A stretch of DNA of 63,723 nucleotides, filler included, from Reclinomonas americana ATCC 50394 (Eukaryota), in assembly GCA_048213135.1 (NCBI GenBank). It is 15 parts of 15 records of this genome, joined end to end, with 100 filler letters (N's around TTAATTAATTAA, not from the genome) between each part and the next. Parts side by side here need not be neighbours in the genome. Positions count along the whole stretch, not along the records: positions 35,958 to 43,466 come from AFZH01018590.1; positions 43,567 to 52,060 come from AFZH01018591.1; 13 more parts are not named here. The stretch is one strand, 5' to 3'. The stretch's first letter is position 1, and each line of letters starts with the position of its first letter. Made by a program: the position numbers and the translations under genes. The notes below the pieces were generated by a model. It was not told the origin of the DNA and ran no database searches. It saw only the letters and a program-made list of their open reading frames with translations. Below are positions 37,828-51,300 of the stretch, in pieces.

Positions 37828-40225
37828 ATGGCGGGTCAGACACGGGGCGCCCGCGTCATGTGGGCCTGCTGGCCGTGCGTAGTGATGCTTGTGACTGTCG
37901 CGCTGATGGCACACTCGTCGTCGGCCGTGGTCTTCAAACTCGACGACACACAGGCAAGCAGGGGAAAGGCAGTTGTCGATTCCTTTCCTACCCCTCGCTC
38001 ATCACTGACTCGTGATCGTTTGCAGTTCACTGCTGGTATGGTGCTGCTGTACCGAGTGGGCATGTGGACGCGCGATGAGGCGCCGTCCAGTCACGGTCCT
38101 TCGTTTGCGCGAATCGTCGGTCAGTTGTCGCATCATGTCTGTCTCTCTCGCTTGTGTGTGTGCGTCTGTCTGCTCACGCGCCAGTGCTGCAGGCGACTTC
38201 CACTGGGCCAAGGATGTCGACAAGTTGACGTCGCAGGTACAGGTGGCCTTTTATCACTCGGACGATGCCGACAATGTCGGCTATGTTGACACGGACGGCA
38301 AGGTGCTGCTGTTGGTGTCTTGCGCGAAGAGGTGGCTGCGGGTCGCTCATTGTCATGGTGGTCGTGCAGAAAGTGTACTGTGGCGACGGAACGAACGAGG
38401 ATCTGATTGTGGCCACAGACACGATCCATGTCAACACGACACAGGTGCCGGGGCCAGTGAGTTTGGTGAGTCGGCACACGATGGCAGTCGTTTGCTTCGC
38501 TCTCTATTGTTCATTCCAGATGCGCAGGATTTCCCCGTCGACAAGAGCGGCGTGCACTACTTTGTGGTGGCGTGGTGCCATCGACCCATGTCGGCGCCCA
38601 CAGAAGACAAGATGATGGGCGACGGCGGCGGCACACGTCGCATGCTGATGGAGGCCTCGTCCGACACGGCCAAGCAGGATAGTGTCAAGCTGTACTTTTC
38701 CGGCACGCTCAACTTCCGCAACCCCTACGGCGAGCTCCCCGGCGGCTACTATCGCATCCTACCGGTGCGGTCTGCAAGTGTTGTCGTCGCTGGCGAGTCT
38801 CTCTCACATTATTTCTCTTCGCAACACAGTTCTACTTGGCGATGACGCTCCTGTACGGCATTGTTGGCATTGTGTGGATCATCTTGTGTGTCAAGCACTG
38901 GTCGGAGTTGCTGCGTTTGCAGGTCAGTTGCACTGTTTTTCTCAACCGCAGTCAGTGTATTGTGCTCACTCGGCCAGTGCAGATGTACATTGGTGGTGTC
39001 ATTGTGCTCAGCATTCTCGAATCGCTGTGCTGGTACGTGGAGACGAGCGGCTGGAACGATACCGGTCTCGTGTGTTGCGTCGCGCGTTGGTCCTCCCATG
39101 TCAGAATCTTGCACAGACTGATTTGTCGCCCTGCAGCATCCACGGCTCTCGGCTTCTCGCTGACATTCACGCTACTGCGCAAGACCTTTGCTCGTCTGCT
39201 CATCCTCGTGGTGGTCATGGGCTACGGAGTTGTAGTGTGCGTTTGCCAGCACTCCACTCACTACAAACATCGATGTTCACCCTCCCTCTCGATTTTGCGC
39301 AGCCCCTCGCTCGGCAAGCAAAAGTGGCAGGTCATTATTTTCGCCGCGCTGTACCTGGTCCTTGGCGGCCTGTTCGAGTTGATGAACGCGCGCTTCCGTG
39401 CGCACGAGATTCCCGTCTACGTGCTCGTCATGTTCGCCTTCCCGGTGGCGCTGATGGACGCGTTGCTGTACACGTGGATCTTTTACTCGCTCGTCAACAC
39501 CATCAAGCAGCTGGATTCGTCGAACCAGGACGCGAAGATGCACATGTACAAGCTGTTTGCCTTTATCCTCGGCTTTTACGCCATTTGCGCCCTGCTCTGG
39601 CTCATCTATGTCACGTGAGTATGACACGCACACACACACGCATGCGTGCGGGGAAGCGTGATCGCTCACTGTCGATTTTTTCATGTTTTGGCCAGGTTTG
39701 TCAACGGCACACGCGACTACGACCATCAATGGAAGAGTCTGTGGACGTTTGATGCGTTTTGGGAAGTACTGTACTTCTTTGTCATGCTGGCTATTATGAT
39801 CATCTGGCGACCGACAAGCGACAATCACAAGTTTCGTCGGGGCATGCGCGTTTTGTCTGCCGATGTGTGCCATGTAGGTGGTCTAACATGGGTGACATCC
39901 ACGGGACAGGTACGCGTACCAAGAGCTGGCCACCTTTGACCCGGGCGAGGAGACCGACGAGGAGAACGACCAGCGCACGCTTGGTACCGTTGACGTCGAG
40001 TCGGCGCGTACCACAGCCGGCGGAGCGCCTGCTGCCGCCGGTGGCAAGCACGGCCGTCGCGCCGAGTTGCCAGTCGGCCGCGGCCCGGGACAGCCGCCTC
40101 CAAACAACGCCTTCTCCATCGGCAGTGCGGAGGATGATTTGTTCGACGACGAGGAGGACGATTTGAGACTGGATACCGCGTCGCATCCCGTAGTGCCGCT
40201 GAGGCGCCAGGAGAAGATGGACTGA
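37828..40225 (+). CDS. Lung-seven-transmembrane (GOST) family protein, TMEM87/GPR107-like
   Basis: Signal peptide, FRNPYGELPG, ELLRLQ|MYI, RKTFARLLILVVVMGYGVV, WIFYSL..KMHMYKLF, IWRPTSDNHK|YAY, acidic tail ending EKMD. Confidence 0.9.
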
Positions 40226-40466
40226 AACTGCCAGAGGCAGAGTGGCGACGGACGGAACACGTGTGTTGTGGATAGAAACCCGAGGCATTGTAACAGGACT
40301 ACGGAACAAAACGACAGAGACAGAAATTATTTTCTCGACACGCGCTCGTCTCCAGCATTTTTTTACCTTGTGAACAGCAAGGAGAGGGCGAGAGAGAGAG
40401 AGAGAGAGCACCAAGTCGAAAAGAAGGAAACAAAACAGAGAAAGAATACAGCAGGGAGGGCGCAGT

Positions 40467-43400
40467 TCAGCAGCCAGTGTCGGAGGCGCAGGGCTTGCCC
40501 GGCTTCGTCTTGCCGGCGCGGAAGCGATTGGGCGTCGGGTCCACCACTTGAGTCGGCTGCAAATGATCCACCAAAGGTAAGCCGCTGAAATCAATGCACA
40601 ACACGGAAGAGAAATTAAAGAGACCTGCTGGGCCTTGAGCGTGGCGCTGGTTTGGCTGTAATCAAACGCCTTGTGGAACTGCTGCAGTGGGCTGCGGTAC
40701 GGCTCATTGCGCAGCTTGAAGGGATTCCAGACGCTGTACACGCGGCGCGAATTGCAACTGCGCAACAAACAAATAGGGTGAGGAAGCAAGAAACACGCGA
40801 GAGTGCTCGAATGCTGTACGACGACGCACTTGCGCTCCGCCACATTCTTGACGTAGATGCTCTCACGAGCATTGTCATCGTTGTCCCAGTAGCGCTGAGC
40901 ACTCTCAATGATGAAGCCGTCGCCCGAGTCCTCGCAGTCGACCAGCTGTGCAAGGGTGATGCGCGTGAGGAGAAAAACTCTTGGGCGGAGAGACATGCAG
41001 CAAAAAAACGCAACTGCCTCCGAGGCCCACAGTCCAGGCGCCGCACTGCTGTTCTGCAGGTAATCCGAGTTCTCCGAGCGCAGAGTCAGCAGCTTGCCGT
41101 ACGGCCGGATGCCGCGGTTGCCGACGCCACGGTAGACGCCCTTGCGCAGCACAATTGTGTCCGGATTGAAGTTCTTGAGACTGCCGCGTGCTGCGGGCTG
41201 TCCGTTCTGGAGACCTGGAGCGAGCACGAGGCAAAGTTAAGTGCTGAAGGAAGGAGTATCAAGTAATACAGTCAAGAGAGGGCACACACCAGCTGGGCCC
41301 TTGCCGTACTGCTGTCCATTGCGCTGATTGTACAAGGCCATGTCGATTCCGCGCTGAATGGTGGCGAACGGGTACTGGCTGGTGCCGTCACCCTGCAGAT
41401 CGTGTCCGCTGGGGCTCACATAAATGTCTGCAGTGCATGCATGTGAGATGAGGAATACACAAAAAAAGATGGTGCACCACCATTACTTACCGCTATACAC
41501 AAAGCGTTGGGCCTTCTGGTGCATCAGTTGGCGCACAGGATCAGGCGACTCGAGCGCAGGAGCCGCGGAGAGGTAGGCTCCACCATACGTTGCCGAGCCC
41601 GTGTCAAACTGGCCACCCGTATACACGTTGAACACCGACGTCGGCAACTCAAGGTGCAACTGCACCGACGCGCGGAAGCCCGGTGAGATGCGGGACGGGT
41701 ATCTGGTGCCGGAAGGGCCAGTGTACGGCACGCCGGGGTGCGGCGGCGACATGCAGCGGTACCTGGGCACGCAAGTTGACAAGTCAGTGACAACCCAATT
41801 CCGAGTGAGACAAAAACCGAGACGCGCCCACACTCAACTCGGTGCGCTTCACGGTGCCGGCGGTGGGTGCGAATGTCTGCAACACACCGTTGGAGTCGTA
41901 GGTGTATGCAAACGAGGCCTTGGTCAACTGGCAGCACTTGTTGATGGTCTGGCAGCAGCGCCACGCTTGCACCGACGACCACACGGTGGGATTCGTCGCC
42001 GAGACGTATGTCACCTACACGAAGAGACACCGGTGAGCGTTCATGATAGTGTGTCTTGCCATCAAAAAAAAAAATGAGCTGCGGCAGGAGAACCTTGGTG
42101 GACGGGCAGTCAGAGTCCGCAGAGCAATCGCCGTAGGTTTCCCTCGTGTTCGCGCCCAGAGGATTGTAGTAGTCCGGCTGATGAGTCCACAAGCACCACG
42201 CATTTTCGCTGGGCGGATAAGCATCAACCGCCGTTCCCGAAGTGCCCAGGTAGCCACGGATGGTGACCTCTGCAAGGCAAGGTGTTAGCGTATTATAAAA
42301 AGCAGGAGCAGTGGCGGCCCGCATGACAATCGCACCGGTGTTGCCCTGGAGTGGACCGCGGGCCACCATGTGAATAAACTGGTGATCGTGGTTGGTCAGC
42401 AGGCCAAAGGTGGCCGGACCGCCAATCGCAAATGTGTTGGGATCCGTGGGATTCGGGAACACGTATGGCACGACCGCAGCGGTCTTTGTATCTGCGCACC
42501 ACGACGTGTCAGCGTCGCCCAACGACACCACGACAGACAACACACACATATACACACCGTAGAGAGTGACTGTGGCTGCTGTCTGCGTAGACCAAGTCAT
42601 TGGCGTCTTGTTCGCAGCAACAAATGTCGCGAAACTCGACGCATCCGAATTCTGGTCGAGATTGCTGACGTAGACCGAGAAGGCCCTAGTGCCACCCGAC
42701 CACGACGAGGCGGTCACAATTGGTGTCTGGCACAGCACTTGCAGCTGCCCGGCGGCGTTGTTGCCCAACCAGGTGGCCAGAGTGGCGTACGTCTCGGACG
42801 AGGCGTAAAAAACACACTTGAGGTGATTCGACGGCACAATCGGCACCGTGTTCACCGTCTGCGTGACAATGATCTGTGCTTCGCCCTTGGCCGATGCCGT
42901 ATTGTTGAACTGCAAGTTCATCGTGCCCTGCGGGTCGAGCTCTGCGCACGCAACCCCAGCTCAGCACACACACCACCCAACTCACACACCCTGAGAGAGA
43001 CACAGACACACAACTGTAGTACGTGAAACCCAGAAAGTCGCCGGCGTCATGCTGACCCGGGTACGCGCTGTATGTGTTGTCATCGTTGGAGACCGTGACA
43101 GCCCTGCAGCGGGGGGAGAAAAACAGGTGAGTGACACCGCAATTGGGGACTGAGAGAGACAAGCCAACGCAACATCGTGCACGAGTTGGTGAGCGAGCAA
43201 GAGTCCGTCGGCACAAATGTCGGCGTCACCACGGTGATCATCGTGTCGCTGACGTAAAAGCCGCTCAGCTGAAACACACAAGATCGCGAAGTGAGTACGC
43301 GAGAAGGAAGAGGAGGAGGAGGAGGGAGGAGAAGAGAGGAGGGAGGAGGGAGGAGGGAGGAGGGAGAAGGGAGGAGGAGGAGGGAGGAGAAGAAAGATAG

Positions 43401-43718
43401 AGAGAAGGAGGAGGAGGAGGAGGAGGAGGAGGAGGAGGAGGAGGAGGAGGAGGAGGAGAGAAGAAGNNNNNNNNNNNNNNNNNNNNNNNNNNNNNNNNNN
43501 NNNNNNNNNNTTAATTAATTAANNNNNNNNNNNNNNNNNNNNNNNNNNNNNNNNNNNNNNNNNNNNGGGGAGGAAGAAGTATAGAGAGAGGAGCAGGGGA
43601 CAAAGAAACGCGCACACACTTGCACACAAACACTCTCACTCTTACAAAGGAGACGACGAGGAAGGAGAGGAGAGAAGGAAACGATGCAATATAACAAACT
43701 CTCTCACTCTTTCTCCGA

Positions 43719-43780
<62 letters not shown>

Positions 43781-44220
43781 CACGCTCTCCCCTTCCCTCT
43801 CTCTCCTCTCCCTCCATCAAAAAAATCAAGCAAAAAAATCAAACAAACGTGCACACCGTCTGCTGCTCTCCAAAGAGCGGATTGAGCTCGGAGAAGCGGA
43901 CTTTGAGCTGCGGGCTTGCGCGAAAGTTGGCGCCCCAAATCGTCACGGTGGTGCCGCCATTCTGCGGACCCGTGGTCGGGAAGAGACGCGTCAGGCGCGG
44001 CACTGGCGGCTTATTCGACGCCTTGTTGTACTCTATGTGCAGCCGGGAGAACATAAAGAGCGCGCGTGAGTTTTGTGTGTGCGTGTTTGTGCGTGATTTT
44101 CCACACACACAAGGCACGCGCGCAAACGAAACGATTGAAGACGGCGGTTTGTGCATTCGAGGAGGGCGACATCAGTGCCAGCACCAGCGATATGCTGGCG
44201 AGGATGTAGAGCAGCTTCAT
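40467..44220 (-). CDS. Secreted IPT/TIG-repeat protein with a C-terminal DUF1565-like (pectin-lyase-like N-cap) module; spans a gap
   Basis: Signal peptide MKLLYILASISLVLALM; IPT motif LFPTTGPQNGGTTVTIWGANF; VTVSND..FTYY; IYVSPSGHDLQGDGTSQYPFATIQRGID..DTIVLRKGVYRGVGN. Confidence 0.72.
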
Positions 44221-44715
44221 GGCTTGTTGCTTGCACCGCAACGCCACCTTTGTTGATGATCAATGTCCGATTTGCGCAAGGGGGGACGGGGGACACGGAA
44301 CTATTTGTCATTTCTCATGTACGTTCTGGCCCACCTGCTGCCCAAGTGACAGTCAACGCTTTTCCGCATGTGTTTGCCACCAGCGCAGGTCTGATCGTAG
44401 TTTTCGCAACACTCGAAATTTCACTTCGCGGCATCGACGTCGCAACAATTCATTCACGATGGCCTGCAAACAGATGACCAAGTCCACATATCGAAAACAA
44501 ACACCAGTCTCGAGGGCAGCGGCAGGTTATCTTGCGAACGTTCACAAACAAGCAACATCCTGCTGCTGCCTCAGGCCATCAAGCGCCTGTTTGTTGGTTA
44601 AGGAATTGTTGTCGTTGTCCTCCTCATACACGCGACACTGGCATCACCCGCTTATTGCATTCTTCATTTCTTCTCTGCGGTTTGCGTTTCCTTCGACCAA
44701 AATGTGCGTTTCCGA

Positions 44716-47271
44716 TTACTTGTAGCAGTCGAGGAAGTCCTGGCCGCCGGCCGCCGCCATCCTGCACAGCCAGATCTTCTTGCACTCGCCGGTGCAGGAG
44801 CCGCGTGGGCGGCTGGTGTCGTACAGGGTCATGAAGGTGTCGAAGAGGGTGTTGGCGGGGCTGTTCTCGGCCATGCGATTGACCTGCGTGTACACACACG
44901 GGCGTGCGTGAGAGGGAATAAATACAAAGCGAGAGAGGACTGCGCTTACCAATTCCATCCACGACGCGGGCGACATGTCCTGATGCATACAAGTGAGTTG
45001 CAAGACACGCTCTGTGTTTCTCTCGCGCACACACGCAGCACACCTTCAGCGAGTATGTGGACGAGGCTGCGTACTCGAGCTGCCAGGTGATCTTGCCGGC
45101 GGGAATGTCCTTGGACAGGTCGGAGATGTAGGTGCGGACATCGACGATTTGCTGCGCAAACAGGTGTCATATGGCAGGTGGTAATGAAGAGCGGGAGGGA
45201 CATCGAACGCCACGCACCTTGGTCGTCTTGTCGTACAGGTACTCGCGCACTGAAGGGTTGTGATCGGTGTAGGTGGTAATCGAGGGCGCGACGTACATGA
45301 CGTGCACAGGCTCCTTGGTGTCGGGCTTGCGGAGGATGCGGAAGCTGCGCACAGCACAACACGCAGTCAGATATTTTCCGAAACTCAACAGACGCTCCCC
45401 ACGAAACAAGTCATTGTGCCTGTCACAGGATCGCCAGTGAGCACCAATCATCGCGCGCAAGCACAACCAGCAACCACATCAAGACGCAACGTGTGACCGT
45501 ACACGGAGCCGACCAGGATATCGGCGTACTGCATGCCACAAGAGTGAGCGCTTGGATGGGAAAGAGAGAGCGAGAGAACACACGCGCGCAACCTTCAGCA
45601 GAATGTCCTGGAACTTGCCAGTGTACGTGGGCCTGGGAGGGGGCAATGGATGAGCAGAGCGCAAGAGCAGTCGAGTGACATGATACGCAACAGCGCGTCG
45701 GGTGTGGCACCGCCGGACCACGGAGCTGCTCAGAGGCGTCAGAGAGAGAGGCGGTAAGAGAGCACACAGACACGGCTGAGGCACGAACCCATGGGAATGT
45801 GAGCGGCCATGAGGACCTTCTCGCCAGCCTGTCGGGCGGCCGAGAACGCACTCTCCATCCACACCAGCTGCTCCGACGGATCCGTGTCGTTGGCGTACAG
45901 GTAAAAGTTGAGACTGTGCATGACGCACACCAACGTGAGATGGTACGAACAGGAGGCACCCACGGCAACGCAGACACACACGCAACGGATCGGCCCACTG
46001 CGTGTTGACGACAATCTGCAGAAGAGGAGAGAACCCACGCATGGTCAACAGGCACACATGAGGGAGTGGGTAGTCTGTGCGTGCAACTCACCAGACGGAA
46101 TCCACTTTCGAGCAGCGCCGAGTAGTAGCCGCCTGTGCACAAAAAAATAAGCGACATGCTACGATATTCCCTCACGCGACACGCACCATGACGGAAGGTG
46201 GCATGACCGCTGGCCGGAATCATGTTGCCCCACTGCATTACCACAGCAATCAGCAACGATTCAACACGCACACGCCGGCATGAACAAGCGCACATACCAT
46301 CTCTGTCAGCGGTGCCATCAGCCAATCAGCAGCCGGCGGCGGCGGCAACTCGTCCACCGGGTACGTGTCGTGGTTGCTGTGGAGCGTGAGAACACATACA
46401 CGGAGAGAGAGAGAAAGCTCGAACGCGCACGCAACCCAATCAGCGGGAACACCGGCACAGAGCCCTGAGGAGACGCTTTTCAGCCACACACACTCTTCCA
46501 ATAACTCACTCACAAGCGAGCGCAACGCACCGCAAAGTACTTGTTGAACGTGTTGGTGATGTTACGCAAGTCGTTCAACACATATTGCTGGCCTACATGA
46601 CATCAATGAGCGAATGGCGCAGAGAGTGAAGAAACAAAAAAAAGCTCAACTCTCCAGCCACAGCTCATGCGACGGATTATCGCCCGTCCACAGCACAAAG
46701 TCGGGATTGAGGCTCTTGGAGAACTCGAGCGCACTCAGCAGCATTCCATACGTTGCTACAAACACTCTCTCAGAAGACACAAACAAGCAGAAGAGGAAGA
46801 AGACGAAATGGAACACTCATGCACCATCGCAATTGTAGTCGCCCAGCGGATCGGCCTTTTGCGAGACTTTCGGGTCGAACTCGCGACAGCAGAGCACTCT
46901 TGTGTACACACAGAGGCAGTCAGTGTGTGTGCGTGAGAGCGAGAGTGAGCGAGAGTCAGACACACTCTGTGCAAATCGGCGACGACCCCGGAACATACTG
47001 CTCACACAAGCAAAAGAGTCAGTGTCGCTCGAGGAGGCAAGTGAGAGAAGGGACGCACATCGAGTTGAATGTGCAAGTCGGTTCTGTAACGCACACAAGT
47101 GTGTGTGTGAGAGAGAGGCAGTGAGTGAGAGACAGTGTGTGCGCGCAACAGTTGCAGAAAGGAGCCAATGTTTGCATCGCGTTGTTGTGTGTTGCCACGC
47201 AGCAAGGGAGTTGCATGTGCGCTGGCGATGATAAGAAGGAGGAGGAGGAGAGAGGCAGCAGTGCGTTGCAT
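44716..47271 (-). CDS. Secreted acid sphingomyelinase-like metallophosphoesterase (SMPD1/SMPDL3 family), about 17 exons
   Basis: Signal peptide; spliced motifs TDLH, GDYNCD, WTGDNPSH, LIG|NHD, AAHIP, YGHT|H, APSITTY..NPSVR, WQLEY. Confidence 0.92.
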
Positions 47272-47329
47272 GTTATGTGAGAGAGTGACAATGAAAGGGG
47301 GTCAATGACGACTCGCGTGTGTGCACACA

Positions 47330-47376
47330 ATGGAGGCATTGAATGCGCCACCGTTCACGCCTCCTCCTGCGCGAGT

Positions 47377-47407
<31 letters not shown>

Positions 47408-48277
47408 GAGTGTGTGTGTGGAAGAGTGTGAAAGTGTGTGTGCAAGAGTTTGCGAAAGTGCATGAAAATGTGTGGAAGAGTGTGTATGTGTGTGTGTGTG
47501 TGCATGAGTGTGTGCTAAGTGTGTGAAAGTGTGCAAGTGTGTGCAGTATGTGTGAAAAGTGTGTGTGTGTGCGTGTGTGTGTGTATAAGTGTGCAAGAGT
47601 GTGTGTGCAAGAGTGCAAAGTGTGTGAAAGTGTGCAAAAGTGTGCAAAGTGTGTGTTTGCAAGCGCGTTTTTCTGATTGATTGTGCAGGCGCCACCTCCT
47701 GCTCCTCCGCCTGCGCCTGCGCCTCCCCTGCCTCCTCCTGTGCCTGCGGGTGTGAGTGCGAGTGCGTGGCCTCGTGCGCACATTGTGTGGCCTCCTTGCT
47801 CATCTGCTGCGAGTGATGATGGTGTGGCGGCGACGTTGCGCGATGCGGTGCTGCGTGGCGATGCGGATGAGAGTGATGCGTTGATGAGTGCGGTGGTGCC
47901 TCCGACGTCGAGTTGAGTGCGCCTTGCAGTGACTGCCTCTCATCATTCTTCTTCTCCTTGTCTTCCTTCTAGATCTCTATGTCTCCTTCTTCTTCTTCTT
48001 CATGTTGTTGTTGTTGTTCTTCTTCTTCTTTCTCTTCTTCTTGTTCTTGTTCTTGTTCTTGTTCTTGTTCTTCTTGTTCTTGTTCTTCTTCTTCTTGTTC
48101 TTCTTCTTCTTCTTCTTCTTCTTCTTCTTCTTCTTCTTTTCTCTTCTTCTTCTTCTTCTTTTCTTCTTCTTCTTCTTCTTCTTCTTCTTCTTCTTCTTCT
48201 TCGTCTTCGTCGTCTTCTTCTTCTTCTTCTTCTTCTTCGTCTTCTTCGTCTTCTTCTTCTTGCGTCTTCTTCTTCTC

Positions 48278-48312
<35 letters not shown>

Positions 48313-51300
48313 TCTTCTCCTTCTCATTCTTCTCCTGCTTCATTCTCCTTCTCCTTCTCCTCCTCCTTGCTCCACCTTGCTCCTCCTCTCCTCCTTGCTC
48401 CTCTCCTCCTCCTCCTCCTCCTCCTCCTCCTCCTCCTCCTCCTCCTCCTCCTCCTCCTCCTCCTCCTCCTCCTCCTCCTCTTCCTCCTCCTCCTCCTCCC
48501 TCTTCTTCTCCTTCTCCTTCTTCTCCTGCTTCATTCTCCTCCTTTTCCTGCTCCTCCTCCTTTCCCTCCCACCCTCCCACCCCTCACCCGCCTCACACAG
48601 TGGTCCCACTCTTTGACGTGCATCACGACGTCGATGCCGAGTACATCAACGCGCACCAGGCCGTGCTGCGACTCAAATCGCGGCGGCGGTGCTCGGCGGT
48701 GGGCTTTGTGTGCCTGGCGCCGCAGTGTGCCGCGCTGGTGAACAAGCTGATTGATCGGGATGTATTTGAGGAGCACTCGCCTGCGGCGGCTGCCGGGCAA
48801 CCGTTTGTCGCCGATGTGTACAATGATGATGCCACGGGCATTATGTATTTGCGCGTGCAAGCCATGGATGCCATGTTGCAACCGGGCGGCGACGGCGACG
48901 GTGGCGAGTACGACTTGTTTGCGCAGACGCAGGAGCGTGAGTCGGCGCTCATTCGTGCCGCACTGATTGCGTTTCTTGTGTGCCACGCAGTTGTCGTTGC
49001 GTCGTCTTTCACGTGTATTCCGTCCGGGGCACAAAAGACTAATCCCAGTCAATCAATGCGTGCAGCTCGTGGTGCCGGGCGGTGGCTTTTCGTTTTCCGA
49101 TTTGCGGCTCATCCGCACGCTGTCGCGCTTGAAGCAGCACCCGGAGATGAACTTGCTGGGCATGGTCGCCGATGCCCTCGGCACTGACAGCATCAAGCGC
49201 AACTCGGTGTTGTGGCCCGGCATCTGTACACCCTCGCTGGGCATTGTGGTGACCGAGGTGAGTGACCAGCATCCATTCGCGACTATTTCATGCATCGCCC
49301 TCACATATTTTGTTCCGTTTCCGCCAGCCGCGAACGCGTCTCGATCTCGCGCAGGCACGTCAGCACATGCAAATCAAAGTACGTGCACTCATACGGCGCT
49401 TCTCTCGCAGCAAAGAGAGCGATTCGCGGTGCGTTTGCTGCTGTTTCGCGCTTCTTTTTGCAACAGTGTGTGCCACGCAGAGTCTCACATGACAAGCAGA
49501 TCGCCGCTGATTCATTTGGAGCACAAGTTTCTGTTTGTCGTGTGGAGTTCGGCGCGCACTCCAGGCGCCACTGGTACGCCGCGGCATGCGATGTTGGACT
49601 CGCACTCGTTGCTGACTTGTCCACCCTCGCGCAGTTGGCGTGTCTGGTGTGCGTGAGTTTCTCGCCAATCACCAAACGCACCTGCTGAAGCAGACCACGA
49701 CCTCGACTCGGCGGTTTGAGGTGGGCCTCCTGGACTTTTGTTCTTGGTCGTGTGTGTTGTCTGTGTTGCTTATGTCACTGTGCCAACAGCTGCCATCGTC
49801 GCTCTACTTGTTCCAGTCGATCCGCGCACTGTTCGATACGCTGCTGGTGGGCCGACGGCGGCCCGCCGTCACGGAGCACCTGTGCGACATTTTGCACGAA
49901 TTCCTCTCACCCGAGCTGGCGTTTTCGCGTGTGTACGTCCCTTTTACCCTTTCTCTCTAATTCACTCGAATCCCTCTTCTCATGCCGCCGCTGTCATCGC
50001 AGGCGGTGCGCCCAAGTGCTGAGTGCTGCAAGCGACGAGTATCGAAACTCACTGCAGGAATCCGACTTGTCCGAGGCGCGCCACCAGCTGCTGGTTGGTG
50101 GTGCTCTCCCTGTTCTCGCCGCGAGCTGCACTGTAACACTTGTGGCGTGCGCAGCTGGGCAAGGCACTCGCTCTCCTCGCATCTCCCTCTCTCGGCCCGA
50201 TGCGGCAGCAGACCGCCAAGCGTCTCGAGCAGTTCTGCAACGATCTGTACGAGCGTGCAAAGCGGAGTGCCGCTCCCGCTGTGCCTGTCGCTCCGTCTGC
50301 ATCTGCTGCGGCGCCTGCAGCCGCACAACGTGAGCCTGTGCCGTGGTGGCAGCAGGTGCGCGATGCGAACCCTTCTTTGTTCCTGCATGCATATCCTCAC
50401 CGCGCGGTGGCAGACTGACGCATGGGAGGACACGGTGGCCGTCAAATTGCGTGTTACCAAGTTCTCCGCCGGTCATGTCGTCGACAAGCAGGTATGAGGG
50501 GAGCAGGCTCGCTTGTGCGTGCGTGTGTGTATTCATGCTCGCTGCAGGAGTCGCAGTCACCGGTCATTGTGCAACGCGTCCGGGTGGACTACTACGATCC
50601 GGTGGCCGGTGTTCGCAGTTTCCACCCTCGCCTGTTGCACGCCGCCGATGGAGTGGAAGAGGGACAGCTCGGGAGCATGCATCTGCTGCCGTGCGCGGCA
50701 GTGCTGTCCACGGCCACAGCCGTGTCGTCGCAACTTACCCTGGATCCGCACGAATTGTCACGTCGGTGTGTGTACTTGTTGTAAGCACGCTCAGCCCCTG
50801 CAAAATGATTTGAAGCTCTTTTTCGATCGTGCAGTGATCGTGCCACTGAAGACGCACGAGCACGAGTGGTGGCCGCGGCGACGGCGACTGCGGCAGCCGC
50901 TGGGCGGCGCGTGGAAGCAGAATCGGGCCTCCTTTCCGTCTCTGCCAGTGCGCGCCGTCGTCGAAGACGACGCGGTGTGCCAGGTGTGTGTATATGCGTG
51001 TCTGTTGATGTGCGCATCAAACGGGCCGCTGATGTGTTGCATGGCAGGGGAAGACGGCGACGGCATGTTTAGTGCCGAGGATTTTCCACCGCTGGCCTCG
51101 ATACCCGTACTGCCCGACACTTCTGGTCGCAGCCGAGCGGCTGTGGAGGACGACGCCGATGCTGTGCTGCACAGTGGTGTGGGCGGCGCTAGTGGCAGCA
51201 GTGCAACCGCTGCGGCTGCTGCTGCCACACTGGCAGCTGCGTCGTCTCTCGGTGGCGTTGCGGCGACTGTTGGCGGTCGCTCGGCTCTCAGTCTTGCCTC

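Noticed and set aside
47969..48616. Long poly-E/K/S/L/F ORFs, and the VC/HT/RE-type ORFs at other microsatellites
   Set aside because: They are translations of simple repeats lying inside introns.
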